Assembly: GCA_003133025.1 (NCBI GenBank)
Contig: PKZK01000209.1
Coordinates: 260-17,726, forward strand
Reading direction: 5' to 3'
Length of the DNA: 17,467 bases
Source of the DNA: Vulcanimicrobiota bacterium
GTDB lineage: Bacteria; Vulcanimicrobiota; Vulcanimicrobiia; Vulcanimicrobiales; Vulcanimicrobiaceae
Below are positions 1 through 7,459 of the stretch, one piece after another. The notes beneath the pieces are model-generated. The model was not told the origin of the DNA. It saw only the letters and a list, made by a program, of their open reading frames with translations, and did no database searches. Every line of letters begins with the position of its first letter. The first letter of the stretch is position 1. Position numbers and translations under genes: made by a program.

Positions 1-500
1 GCGCGTTCGTCGACCTCGGCGGCGTCGACGGCCTGATCCACAACAGCGAACTTTCGTACACCCGCATCAAGCACCCGAGCGAAGTGGTCAAGATCGGCGA
101 CGTCGTGCAGGTCGAGGTGATGAAGTTCGACCCCGACGCCAAGAAGGTCTCGCTGTCGCTCAAGCACGCGCTGCCCGACCCGTGGGTCGAGCACGCCGAG
201 CAACTGGTCGAAGGCCAGCGCCTGATCGCGCAAGTGGTCAAGGTGACGCCGAACTATCTCCTGATCGAAATCATCCCGGGCGTGCTCGCGATGGTGCCCA
301 AGGGCGAGTTCGATCCGCAGAAGCAGTACAGCCCCGGCGAAGAGGTCGAGGTCACGATCCTCACCGTCAACCACTCCACGCGGCGCATCACGGGCTCGAT
401 CCAGCACGTCGCCGACGTGTCGCCGGAAGAGTACGCGCAATACGGCGTCGAGGGCGAAGTCGGCTCGGTCGGCGACGTTCTCGAACCCATCGCGGAGTAG
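1..500 (+). CDS. rpsA: 30S ribosomal protein S1 / S1-domain RNA-binding protein, 5'-truncated
   Basis: Frame open from base 3: [54 protein letters not shown] is a canonical S1 repeat, followed by DPW and a more degenerate S1 repeat. TAG at 498-500. Confidence 0.85.
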   Translation, partial: AFVDLGGVDGLIHNSELSYTRIKHPSEVVKIGDVVQVEVMKFDPDAKKVSLSLKHALPDPWVEHAEQLVEGQRLIAQVVKVTPNYLLIEIIPGVLAMVPKGEFDPQKQYSPGEEVEVTILTVNHSTRRITGSIQHVADVSPEEYAQYGVEGEVGSVGDVLEPIAE

Positions 501-506
501 CCCGAT

Positions 507-1103
507 CTGCGCGTTGGGTTAACCGGCGGAATCGGGTCGGGCAAGAGCGAGGTCGCGCGGATTCTGCGCGATCTCGGCGCGCTCGTGGTCGACTCCGACG
601 TGTTGGCGCGAGAAGCCGTCGCGCCGGGCAGTGCCGGACTCGAAAAGATCGCCGAGCATTGGCCTGCGGTCGTGCACGACGGCGCGCTCGACCGCCCCGC
701 GCTCGCCCAGATCGTCTTCCACGACGATCGCGAACGCGCGGCGCTCAATGCGATCGTGCATCCGCTCGTGCGCCAATTGGCCTTCGAGCGCGAGGCCGGC
801 GGCAAGCCGGGTCAATTGGTGGTGCACGAGATCCCGCTCTTATACGAGTCGGGTTTCGCCGCGTTCTGCGATTGGAACGTGGTGGTCATCGCGCCGCTGG
901 AAGTGCGCGTCGCGCGGCTCGTCGCGCGCGGCGGCATGAACCTCGACGACATCGAGCACCGCATCGCGGCGCAGATCCATCCCGAGGAAGCGCGCTCGCG
1001 CTCGGATTTCGCCATCGAGAACGACGGTTCGCTCGAACAATTGCGCGAGCGCACCGAGAGGGTATACGCCGCGCTCATCGAGCGCCTGGCCGCAACCGGC
1101 TAG
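507..1103 (+). CDS. coaE: Dephospho-CoA kinase (probable CTG start; ORF-track start at 585 misses the P-loop)
   Basis: (L/M)RVGLTGGIGSGKS P-loop, LDRPALAQIVF, LNAIVHP, EIPLLYE, IENDGS. 198 aa from CTG 507, with GGAG at 494-497. Confidence 0.93.
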   Translation: MRVGLTGGIGSGKSEVARILRDLGALVVDSDVLAREAVAPGSAGLEKIAEHWPAVVHDGALDRPALAQIVFHDDRERAALNAIVHPLVRQLAFEREAGGKPGQLVVHEIPLLYESGFAAFCDWNVVVIAPLEVRVARLVARGGMNLDDIEHRIAAQIHPEEARSRSDFAIENDGSLEQLRERTERVYAALIERLAATG

Positions 1104-1111
1104 GCGAAACT

Positions 1112-1128
1112 CCGGGCGGCCTGCCCGG
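1112..1128. other. Short GC-rich stem-loop between coaE and the next gene
   Basis: CCGGGC-ggcct-GCCCGG inverted repeat with no U-tract. Confidence 0.3.
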
Positions 1129-1142
1129 TATGAGCCGGCACG

Positions 1143-1742
1143 ATGGACCCGACGGCCTTCGCCACTGCCTATGCCCTGAGCACCAGCATCGGTCTGCGTC
1201 CGTTCTTGACGTTGGCCCTGGCTTCGCTCGCGATGCACTTCGGGTATCTGCACCCGTCGCATCCGTTCGCCTATTTGGGCAGCGACGGCGCGACCGCGGT
1301 CCTCGCTCTTTTGGCGATCGTCGAGTTTGCCGGCGACAAAGTGCCCGTCGTCGACCACACGTTGCACGTGTTGCACGTGGCCACCAAGCCGATCGCCGCG
1401 GCGCTGCTCGTGGGCAGCGTGGTGCCGAACGTGGGTCCGGGCGATGCGGTGACCTACGCGCTGATGGGCGCGGGCGCACTCAATGCGCTGGGCATCCACG
1501 GCGGCGTCGCGGCGTTGCGCGGCGCATCGACGGTCACGACGGCGGGGTTCGGCAACCCGTTCGTCAGCCTGGTTGAAGACGCCCTGGCCGTACTCGCCAC
1601 GATCGCCGCGATCTTCGCGCCGTTCGCTTCGGCCGTGCTGGCCATCGTGCTGACCGTCGTGGTGGTGCTCACCGCCCGCGCGATCGTTCGGGCCGCGCGC
1701 AGACCCACGAGCGCTCCCGTGGGCGTCACGCAACTCCGTTAA
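1143..1742 (+). CDS. DUF4126-like multi-pass membrane protein
   Basis: GLRPFL, EFAGDKVPVVD and NPFVSLVED motifs typical of DUF4126; several hydrophobic segments. Confidence 0.8.
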   Translation: MDPTAFATAYALSTSIGLRPFLTLALASLAMHFGYLHPSHPFAYLGSDGATAVLALLAIVEFAGDKVPVVDHTLHVLHVATKPIAAALLVGSVVPNVGPGDAVTYALMGAGALNALGIHGGVAALRGASTVTTAGFGNPFVSLVEDALAVLATIAAIFAPFASAVLAIVLTVVVVLTARAIVRAARRPTSAPVGVTQLR

Positions 1743-1752
1743 CGCTTAAGCT

Positions 1753-1965
1753 TTAGCCGCGGTCGTGATCGTGATCGTGATCGTGATCGTGGTGGTGCTC
1801 TTCGAAGCCTTCGGGATGATCGATCTCGACCTGCGTGATCAGCACTTCGCCTGAGATCATGCCGGTGTCGTCGGCGCTGCGGATGGCATTGGCGCGATCC
1901 TCGTGATCGTGCGGGTGGACTTTCTCGTGCTCGACCTTGCGGCGTTCGTCTTGGCTTTCCATCAT
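1753..1965 (-). CDS. Small acidic His-rich hypothetical protein (70 aa)
   Basis: ATG preceded by purine-rich GGGGAAAGGG; fills the gap between flanking genes; HPHDHE and HHHDHDHDHDHD motifs. Confidence 0.72.
   Translation of the reverse strand: MMESQDERRKVEHEKVHPHDHEDRANAIRSADDTGMISGEVLITQVEIDHPEGFEEHHHDHDHDHDHDRG
1763..1792. repeat. Hexanucleotide tandem repeat (TCGTGA)x4 + TCGTGG encoding the His-Asp tail
   Basis: Read directly from the sequence. Confidence 0.9.
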
Positions 1966-1990
1966 GGGCCCTTTCCCCGCGCGATGCGCT

Positions 1991-2674
1991 TCATACCGGC
2001 TTGACGACGATCTGTTCGCGCCGGCGCGCGAACGGAAATGCTTGGGGCTGGAGCAGCACGATCGTGCGGTGCGCCACCCGCAAGAGTCCTACGTCCGCCA
2101 AGACGCCGAGTTCCTTGGTAAGCGTCTCGCGGCTGGTGCCGATCAGGTCGGCTAGGTCTTTGTGCGTGAGGTCGAGGCCGAGGCGCAGGCTGCCGTCGCT
2201 CTCTTCGATGCCGTGGTCGGCGGCGAGCCGTCCCAGAATGTCGACGAGTCGGCCCGGCACGCTCTTGCCGGCCAGTTCGCTCAGTTCGCGTTCGACGGCG
2301 GTCAGGCGCCGCACGAGGCCGCGTGCGAAGGCTGCGGCGAGCACCTCATCGGCGCGCAACTTGCGCCCGAACTCTCCGGCATCGACGCGCCGCAGGTCGC
2401 TCGCCACGAGCGCCGAGGCGCTGTTGCTACGGGTGCTTTCACCCATCGCCCAACCGAGTTCGCCGAACAGGTTGCCCGGATTGCGAATGCCCACGATCGA
2501 TTCCGCACCGCTCGAGTGCGTGCGGAAGATCTTGATGCGCCCTTCCATCACGAAGTAGATCGAGTCGGCCGGATCGCCCGCCGTGAAGAGCAGATCGCCG
2601 CGCGCGCACGACACGCTGCGCGCGCCTCGCAGCAGCACGTCACGTTGCGGCGCGTCGAGATCGAAGAGGTTCAC
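1991..2674 (-). CDS. Crp/Fnr-family transcriptional regulator (227 aa, GTG start)
   Basis: cNMP domain (GDLLFTAGDPADSIYFVMEGRIKI, FGEL, RSNSA) plus HTH LTHKDLADLIGTSRETLTKEL. GTG overlaps the upstream TGA (GTGA), with GGAGG 6 nt upstream. Confidence 0.92.
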   Translation of the reverse strand: MNLFDLDAPQRDVLLRGARSVSCARGDLLFTAGDPADSIYFVMEGRIKIFRTHSSGAESIVGIRNPGNLFGELGWAMGESTRSNSASALVASDLRRVDAGEFGRKLRADEVLAAAFARGLVRRLTAVERELSELAGKSVPGRLVDILGRLAADHGIEESDGSLRLGLDLTHKDLADLIGTSRETLTKELGVLADVGLLRVAHRTIVLLQPQAFPFARRREQIVVKPV

Positions 2675-4257
2675 GCGCGGCCTCCGCGCAGCACGCGGCC
2701 GGGCAGCGCGCCCGTCGGCTCGCCGCGGCGCACCACCGCGCGGCCGTTGACCCACACGGCGTCGATGCCGCGCGGATAGGCGTAGGGCGACTCATAGGTC
2801 GCGGTGTCGACGATGGCGGCTGCATCGAAAAGCACGAGGTCGGCGTAGTTTCCGCGCGCGATCCGCCCGCGCCCGTCGAGGCCGAAGAGATCGGCGGGCA
2901 GCGAGGTCATGCGCCGGATCGCTTCGGCGAGTTCGAGCGTCTTGCGTCCGCGCACGAAGCGGCCGATGATGCGCGGAAAGCAGCCGAAGGTGCGCGGGTG
3001 CGGCACGCCGCGCGCCGTCGGTCCGCGCAGCGCACGCGCCGACGCGTCGCTGCCCACGCAGCAAAACGGCGCGCTGAGCACGGTCGCCACATCGTCCTCG
3101 AGCATCGTGAAGAACATCGCCTGCACCTCGAGGCGCTCTTCCACGAGCAGCTGGATCGCGGCGCGCGCCGGGGAGAGCCGCCGGCCCGAGGCGATGTCGT
3201 CCATGCGCCGCCCGGCAAGTTCCGCATTGCGACCGGTGCCGCTGTCGGAGATCAGGATGTCGTGCCAGCGTCCGCCCCATTCCAGTTCGAGGCGCAGCGC
3301 GACCGCAACGGCCGTGGCCGGATCGCTCAGGCGCTCCAAAACCTCGTCGCGGTCGCCCGCGCGCACGTCGTCGGGCACGATCGTGACGAGGTCGGTCCAG
3401 CTCGCGGTATAGGGGTAGACGTCGGCTGCGGCCGCGATGCCCGAAGTCGCGATCGCGCGGTCGATCGCCTCGAGCGAGCGGTGCACCTTGCCCCAGTTGC
3501 GCGGCCCCGCGGCCTTGTGGTGCGAAAACTGCACGGCCACCTCGGCGCGCCGCGCCACCTCGAGGGCTTCTTCCACGGCCTCGATCAGGTCGTCGCCCTC
3601 GCTGCGCAGGTGGCTCACGTACCGCCCCGCGCCCGCCCGGCGGGCGGCGACGGCGCAGGCGGCGAGTTCGTCGAGGTCGGCGTAGCGCGACGGCGTGTAG
3701 ATCAGGCCGCTCGAGACCCCGAGCGCGCCCTGTTCGATGGCCAACTCGACCAGTTGCTGCTCGGCCAGCAGCTCGTCGCGCTCGAGCTTCCCCGGGGCGT
3801 CGCCGCGCAGGCAGCGCCGCGTCGTGCCCAGGCCGACCAGCGTGGCCACGTTCAAACCCGTGCCGCCGCGCTCGACGAGGCTCAGGAAGCCGTCGAGGTC
3901 GCGCCAGGCGACCTCGAGGCCGTAGGCCCCGGCATCTTCGACCTTTCGCTCCAGGGCCAAGCCCGCCAGGGGCGCCACCGACGTGCCGCAGTTGCCCCCG
4001 ATCTCGGTCGTCACGCCCTGGACGACCTTGCCCTCGCAGCGCCCGTCGACGAGCCACAGTTCGTCGGAGTGGGAATGCACGTCGATGAAGCCCGGCGCAA
4101 GCGCCAGGCCGGCGCCCGGGACGCGTTCGAGCGCTTCGCGCTCGTCGAGGCGACCCAAGAGCGCGATGCGGTCGCCCACGACGGCCACGTCGGTGGAGAA
4201 CGGGGCCGCGCCGCCTCCGTCGTAGACCAGGGCGCCCTCGATAATCAGGTCGATCAT
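2671..4257 (-). CDS. N-acyl-D-amino-acid deacylase (D-aminoacylase), amidohydrolase superfamily
   Basis: APGFIDVHSHSD, GVTTEIGGNCG, SHLRSE, SHHK, DVYPY, GSD, PHPRTFGCFPR, ADLVLFD, VWVNG. Confidence 0.9.
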   Translation of the reverse strand: MIDLIIEGALVYDGGGAAPFSTDVAVVGDRIALLGRLDEREALERVPGAGLALAPGFIDVHSHSDELWLVDGRCEGKVVQGVTTEIGGNCGTSVAPLAGLALERKVEDAGAYGLEVAWRDLDGFLSLVERGGTGLNVATLVGLGTTRRCLRGDAPGKLERDELLAEQQLVELAIEQGALGVSSGLIYTPSRYADLDELAACAVAARRAGAGRYVSHLRSEGDDLIEAVEEALEVARRAEVAVQFSHHKAAGPRNWGKVHRSLEAIDRAIATSGIAAAADVYPYTASWTDLVTIVPDDVRAGDRDEVLERLSDPATAVAVALRLELEWGGRWHDILISDSGTGRNAELAGRRMDDIASGRRLSPARAAIQLLVEERLEVQAMFFTMLEDDVATVLSAPFCCVGSDASARALRGPTARGVPHPRTFGCFPRIIGRFVRGRKTLELAEAIRRMTSLPADLFGLDGRGRIARGNYADLVLFDAAAIVDTATYESPYAYPRGIDAVWVNGRAVVRRGEPTGALPGRVLRGGRA

Positions 4258-4261
4258 GCGA

Positions 4262-4286
4262 GTTTAGGCTAGCCTTCTTTGGGTAC
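4262..4286 (+). promoter_or_regulatory. SigB/SigF-type general stress promoter
   Basis: GTTTAG-N13-GGGTAC matches Bacillus SigB (GTTTAA-N12-14-GGGWAW) and actinobacterial SigF (GTTT-N15-17-GGGTA) consensus; upstream of a GsiB-like gene. Confidence 0.7.
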
Positions 4287-4339
4287 GACCGAGGCGTGTC
4301 CCATGCTGTCTAACGACAAGCTCCGAGAGGTTTTTCCGG

Positions 4340-4666
4340 ATGGATGATCAGTCTCCGAAGAAGGCGCGGACCCCGAAGCCCGAGGGCGAGATGTCGGTGC
4401 GCGAAGCCGGCAAGAAGGGCGGCGATACCGTTCGCGAGCGGTACGGCTCAGGCTTCTATGAGCAGATCGGTCGCAAGGGCGGCCAGGCGACGCGCGAGCG
4501 CCACGGCGCCGCGTTCTACGAACAGATCGGCCAAAAAGGCGGCCGAGTCGTCAAGGACAAGTACGGCAGCGATTTCTATGAAGAAATCGGCCACAAGGGC
4601 GGTCAGAAAGTCAAACAGCTGATCGCCGAGGCGAAGAAGATCGCCGAGGAAAAGCCGACCAGCTAG
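4340..4666 (+). CDS. GsiB/Em-like (KGG-repeat, LEA group 1-like) general stress protein
   Basis: MSVREAGKKGG followed by three 20-aa repeats ending FYE(Q/E)IG(R/Q/H)KGG; SD GAGAGG upstream. Confidence 0.88.
   Translation: MDDQSPKKARTPKPEGEMSVREAGKKGGDTVRERYGSGFYEQIGRKGGQATRERHGAAFYEQIGQKGGRVVKDKYGSDFYEEIGHKGGQKVKQLIAEAKKIAEEKPTS
4403..4603 (+). repeat. 60-bp-period imperfect intragenic repeat (KGG units)
   Basis: Matching units start at 4403, 4463, 4523 and 4583. Confidence 0.85.
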
Positions 4667-4676
4667 GTTTTCGTAA

Positions 4677-4708
4677 GCGCCGTCCGCCTCACTTGAAGCG
4701 GACGGCGC
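4677..4708. terminator. Stem-loop between convergent genes, possible bidirectional terminator
   Basis: GCGCCGTCCGC / GCGGACGGCGC perfect 11-bp arms enclosing the lptC-like stop codon; U-tracts are weak. Confidence 0.55.
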
Positions 4709-5255
4709 CCGCGACTTGGTGCATCTCGAGTTCGCCCGTGCGAACGTTGAAGACGGCGCTGCCCACGAGTAAGGGTAATGATGCGCCGGTGCCTATTTTT
4801 GCCCGGTCGGGAATCGTCAAGGTCTGTTGCGAGTCGCTCCAGTTCGCGGCTTCGGTATCGAAGGTGCGAACCGGCTTTTTGCCCAGCGTTTCGATGTGGA
4901 GCTTGCCCGACGCGTTGAAGTCGCGCGTGACCGTGTTGATGGTCAGGCGCTTGGCGGTGACGCCGAGGTAGGGCTTGCCATCGCGAAAAATGATCCCGTG
5001 CTTCACCCCGTACAGGTCGAGGCTGACTTGGTCGCTGCTCGTCGAGATGCGCTCGTAATCGACGCTCCACGAGCGGCCTTCCAGGCGTTGCCCGATTGCC
5101 GAGCCTTGTTTGAAGAGCACGGGCCCGTTGCTTTGGGGCAGGATCAGGTCTTCGCGCCCCGCCGCCCAGATGCCATAGCCCAAATAGGCGACGAGCGCGC
5201 CGCCTGCGATCAAGGCCGGCAGCTTTAGCCGGCTAAGCTGGAACGTCGTCCCCAA
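4689..5255 (-). CDS. LptC-like LPS export periplasmic bridge protein (start approximate, TTG)
   Basis: Single N-terminal TM helix (LPALIAGGALVAYLGYGIW) followed by about 150 aa of beta-rich sequence; directly downstream of lnt in an Lpt cluster. The family call rests on topology and context. Confidence 0.6.
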   Translation of the reverse strand: MGTTFQLSRLKLPALIAGGALVAYLGYGIWAAGREDLILPQSNGPVLFKQGSAIGQRLEGRSWSVDYERISTSSDQVSLDLYGVKHGIIFRDGKPYLGVTAKRLTINTVTRDFNASGKLHIETLGKKPVRTFDTEAANWSDSQQTLTIPDRAKIGTGASLPLLVGSAVFNVRTGELEMHQVAGAVRFK

Positions 5256-6748
5256 ATGATGATCCCAAGGATGAATGCGGCCAGGACGGCGGCTATTCCG
5301 GTGCTTCCCACTCTGTCGTAGAACGTATCGACGGGCCGGCCTATCTCGCCGAGCACGACGCCTTCGGTATCCAGCTTCGCTTCGCGAATGAAACGGCCGT
5401 CGGGTGCGATGATCCCGCTGATGCCGGTGGCCGCGGCGCGCACGATCCAGCGCCCGGTTTCGAGCGCGCGCATCTGCCCGATTTGCGCGTGTTGATACGG
5501 ACCGCCCGTGGTGCCGAACCAAGCGTCGTCGGTCGCGATCACGAGGGCCTGCGCGCCGCTGTCGACGTCGGCCACGTTGAGGTTGCTGAAGGCCGATTCC
5601 CAACAGATGATCGGCCCGATCCGTACGCCGCCCGCGTCGACGATGCCGTTCCAGGTGCCCGTGCCGATGTTCGACACGTTGCGCGCCCACGGGATCCAGC
5701 CGAGCGCGCCCGCGAAAGGCAGATGCTCCGCAAACGGCACGAGCTGTCGCTTCATGTACGTTGCTTCGAGACGGCCCGAAGGGCCGAAGAAATAGAGCGC
5801 GTTGTAGATCTGAGCGCCGCGCCCCGAAAACGAGCCGACGATCAACGTCGTGCCGAGTTCGCGCGCCAGCTGGCCGAACTCGGCTTGGAGCCACGGGGTC
5901 TGGTCGAGTCGCGTCGTGATCACGGTTTCGGGCCAGAGCACGAAGGCGGGATGAAAGCCCGCGAGCCTGCGCGTGAGCGACACGTAGCGATTCAACGTCA
6001 GGTCGAACATGCCGCGCTGGAACTTGAGCGACTGTGCGATGTTGCCTTGCACCGCCGCGACGCGCGTCGCCGGCGGGGCGAGCGTTCGCGCCGGCCAGAA
6101 CCACCACGCCAGCGCCAGCGCGAGCGCGAACGCAGCGCCGCCCGCCACGCACGAGTTGGCGATCGCACGCGAGCCGAAGCGCAGCGCGTACGCCACGTAT
6201 GCGGGCAAGAGACACAGCGCGAACGTCACGCCGAACGAACCGACGAACGAGGCCAGCGGCGCGAGCGGCGTCGCGACCTGCGTCAAACCCAAGCCCGCGA
6301 AGGGCAAGCCGAGTTGCCCCATGCCCTCGGAGCGAAACCACTCGAGCAGCGCAAACGTCGCCGCGGCGGCGGCCGGCACGAGTTCCGGGCGTACGGCTCG
6401 TACCAGATAGGCACAGAGCGCGCCGGTACATGCAAATGCGATGAAACCTTCGGCGAGCGCGGGGCCGAGCGTCAGCAGAAAGCCAAATGGCGCGATCAGC
6501 GCGCCCGCCGTTTCACCGAACCACGAAAACGTGATCGAGAAGAAGGCGATGCCCGCCGCCCAGCCGACCAAGAAGGCGCGTTTGGGCGACAGCCCAAAGC
6601 ACGCCCAAAAGAGGCCGACCGCGCCGAGCGGGGCCAGCACGGTGAGGTTCGTCTTGGGAAAGGCCAGCGCCATCAAAATACCGCCGACGACCGCGACCCC
6701 GAGCGCCGACCATGAGGAGACCACGCCGTTGCGCCGCACGCTATCCAC
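5225..6748 (-). CDS. lnt: Apolipoprotein N-acyltransferase (start uncertain: GTG 6748, 6739 or 6724)
   Basis: Multi-TM N-terminus (ALAFP, EWFRS), VQGNI, catalytic triad WPE / KRQLVPFAE / ICWE, TDDAWFG, RALETGR, RAAATGIS. Confidence 0.95.
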   Translation of the reverse strand: MDSVRRNGVVSSWSALGVAVVGGILMALAFPKTNLTVLAPLGAVGLFWACFGLSPKRAFLVGWAAGIAFFSITFSWFGETAGALIAPFGFLLTLGPALAEGFIAFACTGALCAYLVRAVRPELVPAAAAATFALLEWFRSEGMGQLGLPFAGLGLTQVATPLAPLASFVGSFGVTFALCLLPAYVAYALRFGSRAIANSCVAGGAAFALALALAWWFWPARTLAPPATRVAAVQGNIAQSLKFQRGMFDLTLNRYVSLTRRLAGFHPAFVLWPETVITTRLDQTPWLQAEFGQLARELGTTLIVGSFSGRGAQIYNALYFFGPSGRLEATYMKRQLVPFAEHLPFAGALGWIPWARNVSNIGTGTWNGIVDAGGVRIGPIICWESAFSNLNVADVDSGAQALVIATDDAWFGTTGGPYQHAQIGQMRALETGRWIVRAAATGISGIIAPDGRFIREAKLDTEGVVLGEIGRPVDTFYDRVGSTGIAAVLAAFILGIIIWGRRSSLAG

Positions 6749-7445
6749 GTCGATCCTAGCCACCCTCTTGCTCGCGCCGCTCGCCGGCTGCGGCCACCAG
6801 GTCACGCCCGATCGCATCTACGGCAGCCAACCCGGCACCACGGCAGTGCAGTTCAGCGTCGAAGGACAGTTGGACTTCGTCAACATCAACTATCTGATCG
6901 TCCTGAACACCTGCGGCGTCGGCGGGGAGCCGTATCCCAACGGCTTCTCGACGACCTATAAGAATTATTCGTACACGTTTGCGGTCGGTCCGGCGTACAA
7001 CAATTCGACCGTGCTGCCGAATCTCTTCGAATACTACATCAGCGGCGGCGTGCTCAGACCGTTCCCGGTGTTGCTGGGCTCTTCGAGCACCACGTTCATC
7101 CCCGACGTCACGGGCGACGGCACGACCTTTCAGATCCAGTTCACGCAACACCAGTTGGACAACCCCTTGAACATCACGAACTCCCAGGGTCAGACGCCGT
7201 GCGTGCAAGTCGGCGGCACCGACACCGCGACCACCTGGTACGTCAACTACTTCACGCTCGACAACAATCTCAACGTCCTCGACTCGCTGGGACTCAACGG
7301 GCCGACGGATACGACCTACACGCTGCCCATCGACATCGCCACGACCGTCCAGAAGCAAGTCGTGCGGCCGCCGGGCTACCAACACGCTTCCAATCCGAAC
7401 GCCTGGATCACCGGCGGCCAGATCATCAGCTTCCCGCTCCAGTAA
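6729..7445 (+). CDS. Hypothetical lipoprotein (238 aa, TTG start)
   Basis: SD GAGGAG at 6714-6719; signal peptide MRRTLSTSILATLLLAPLAG-C with LAGC lipobox; Thr/Asn/aromatic-rich mature part unlike shadow ORFs. Confidence 0.82.
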   Translation: MRRTLSTSILATLLLAPLAGCGHQVTPDRIYGSQPGTTAVQFSVEGQLDFVNINYLIVLNTCGVGGEPYPNGFSTTYKNYSYTFAVGPAYNNSTVLPNLFEYYISGGVLRPFPVLLGSSSTTFIPDVTGDGTTFQIQFTQHQLDNPLNITNSQGQTPCVQVGGTDTATTWYVNYFTLDNNLNVLDSLGLNGPTDTTYTLPIDIATTVQKQVVRPPGYQHASNPNAWITGGQIISFPLQ

Positions 7446-7459
7446 CGCGTCAGGATAAT

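Noticed and set aside
182..1576. 464-aa Arg-rich ORF and similar long alternative-frame or antisense ORFs (2998-4272, 5483-6715, 7199-8902, 9053-10165, 12903-14447)
   Set aside because: They overlap well-supported genes, carry no motifs, and are expected shadows of high-GC codon bias.
4322..4340. Hairpin over the SD of the KGG gene (thermometer-like)
   Set aside because: Short bulged stem with the U-run downstream of the SD, unlike fourU elements; too weak to support.
4403..4603. 60-bp periodic repeats as a possible CRISPR array
   Set aside because: In-frame, synonymous-variable protein repeats with no unique spacers and no cas genes.
5256..6431. N-terminal ~390 codons of the 580-aa minus-strand ORF
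   Set aside because: Shifted frame of lnt with Arg/Ala/Gly-rich junk; only the last ~188 codons look like a real protein. No slippery site supporting an lnt-lptC frameshift fusion was seen.
6441..6728. ATG 6441 as the start of the lipoprotein
   Set aside because: It lies deep inside lnt; TTG 6729 has a strong SD and gives a normal signal peptide.
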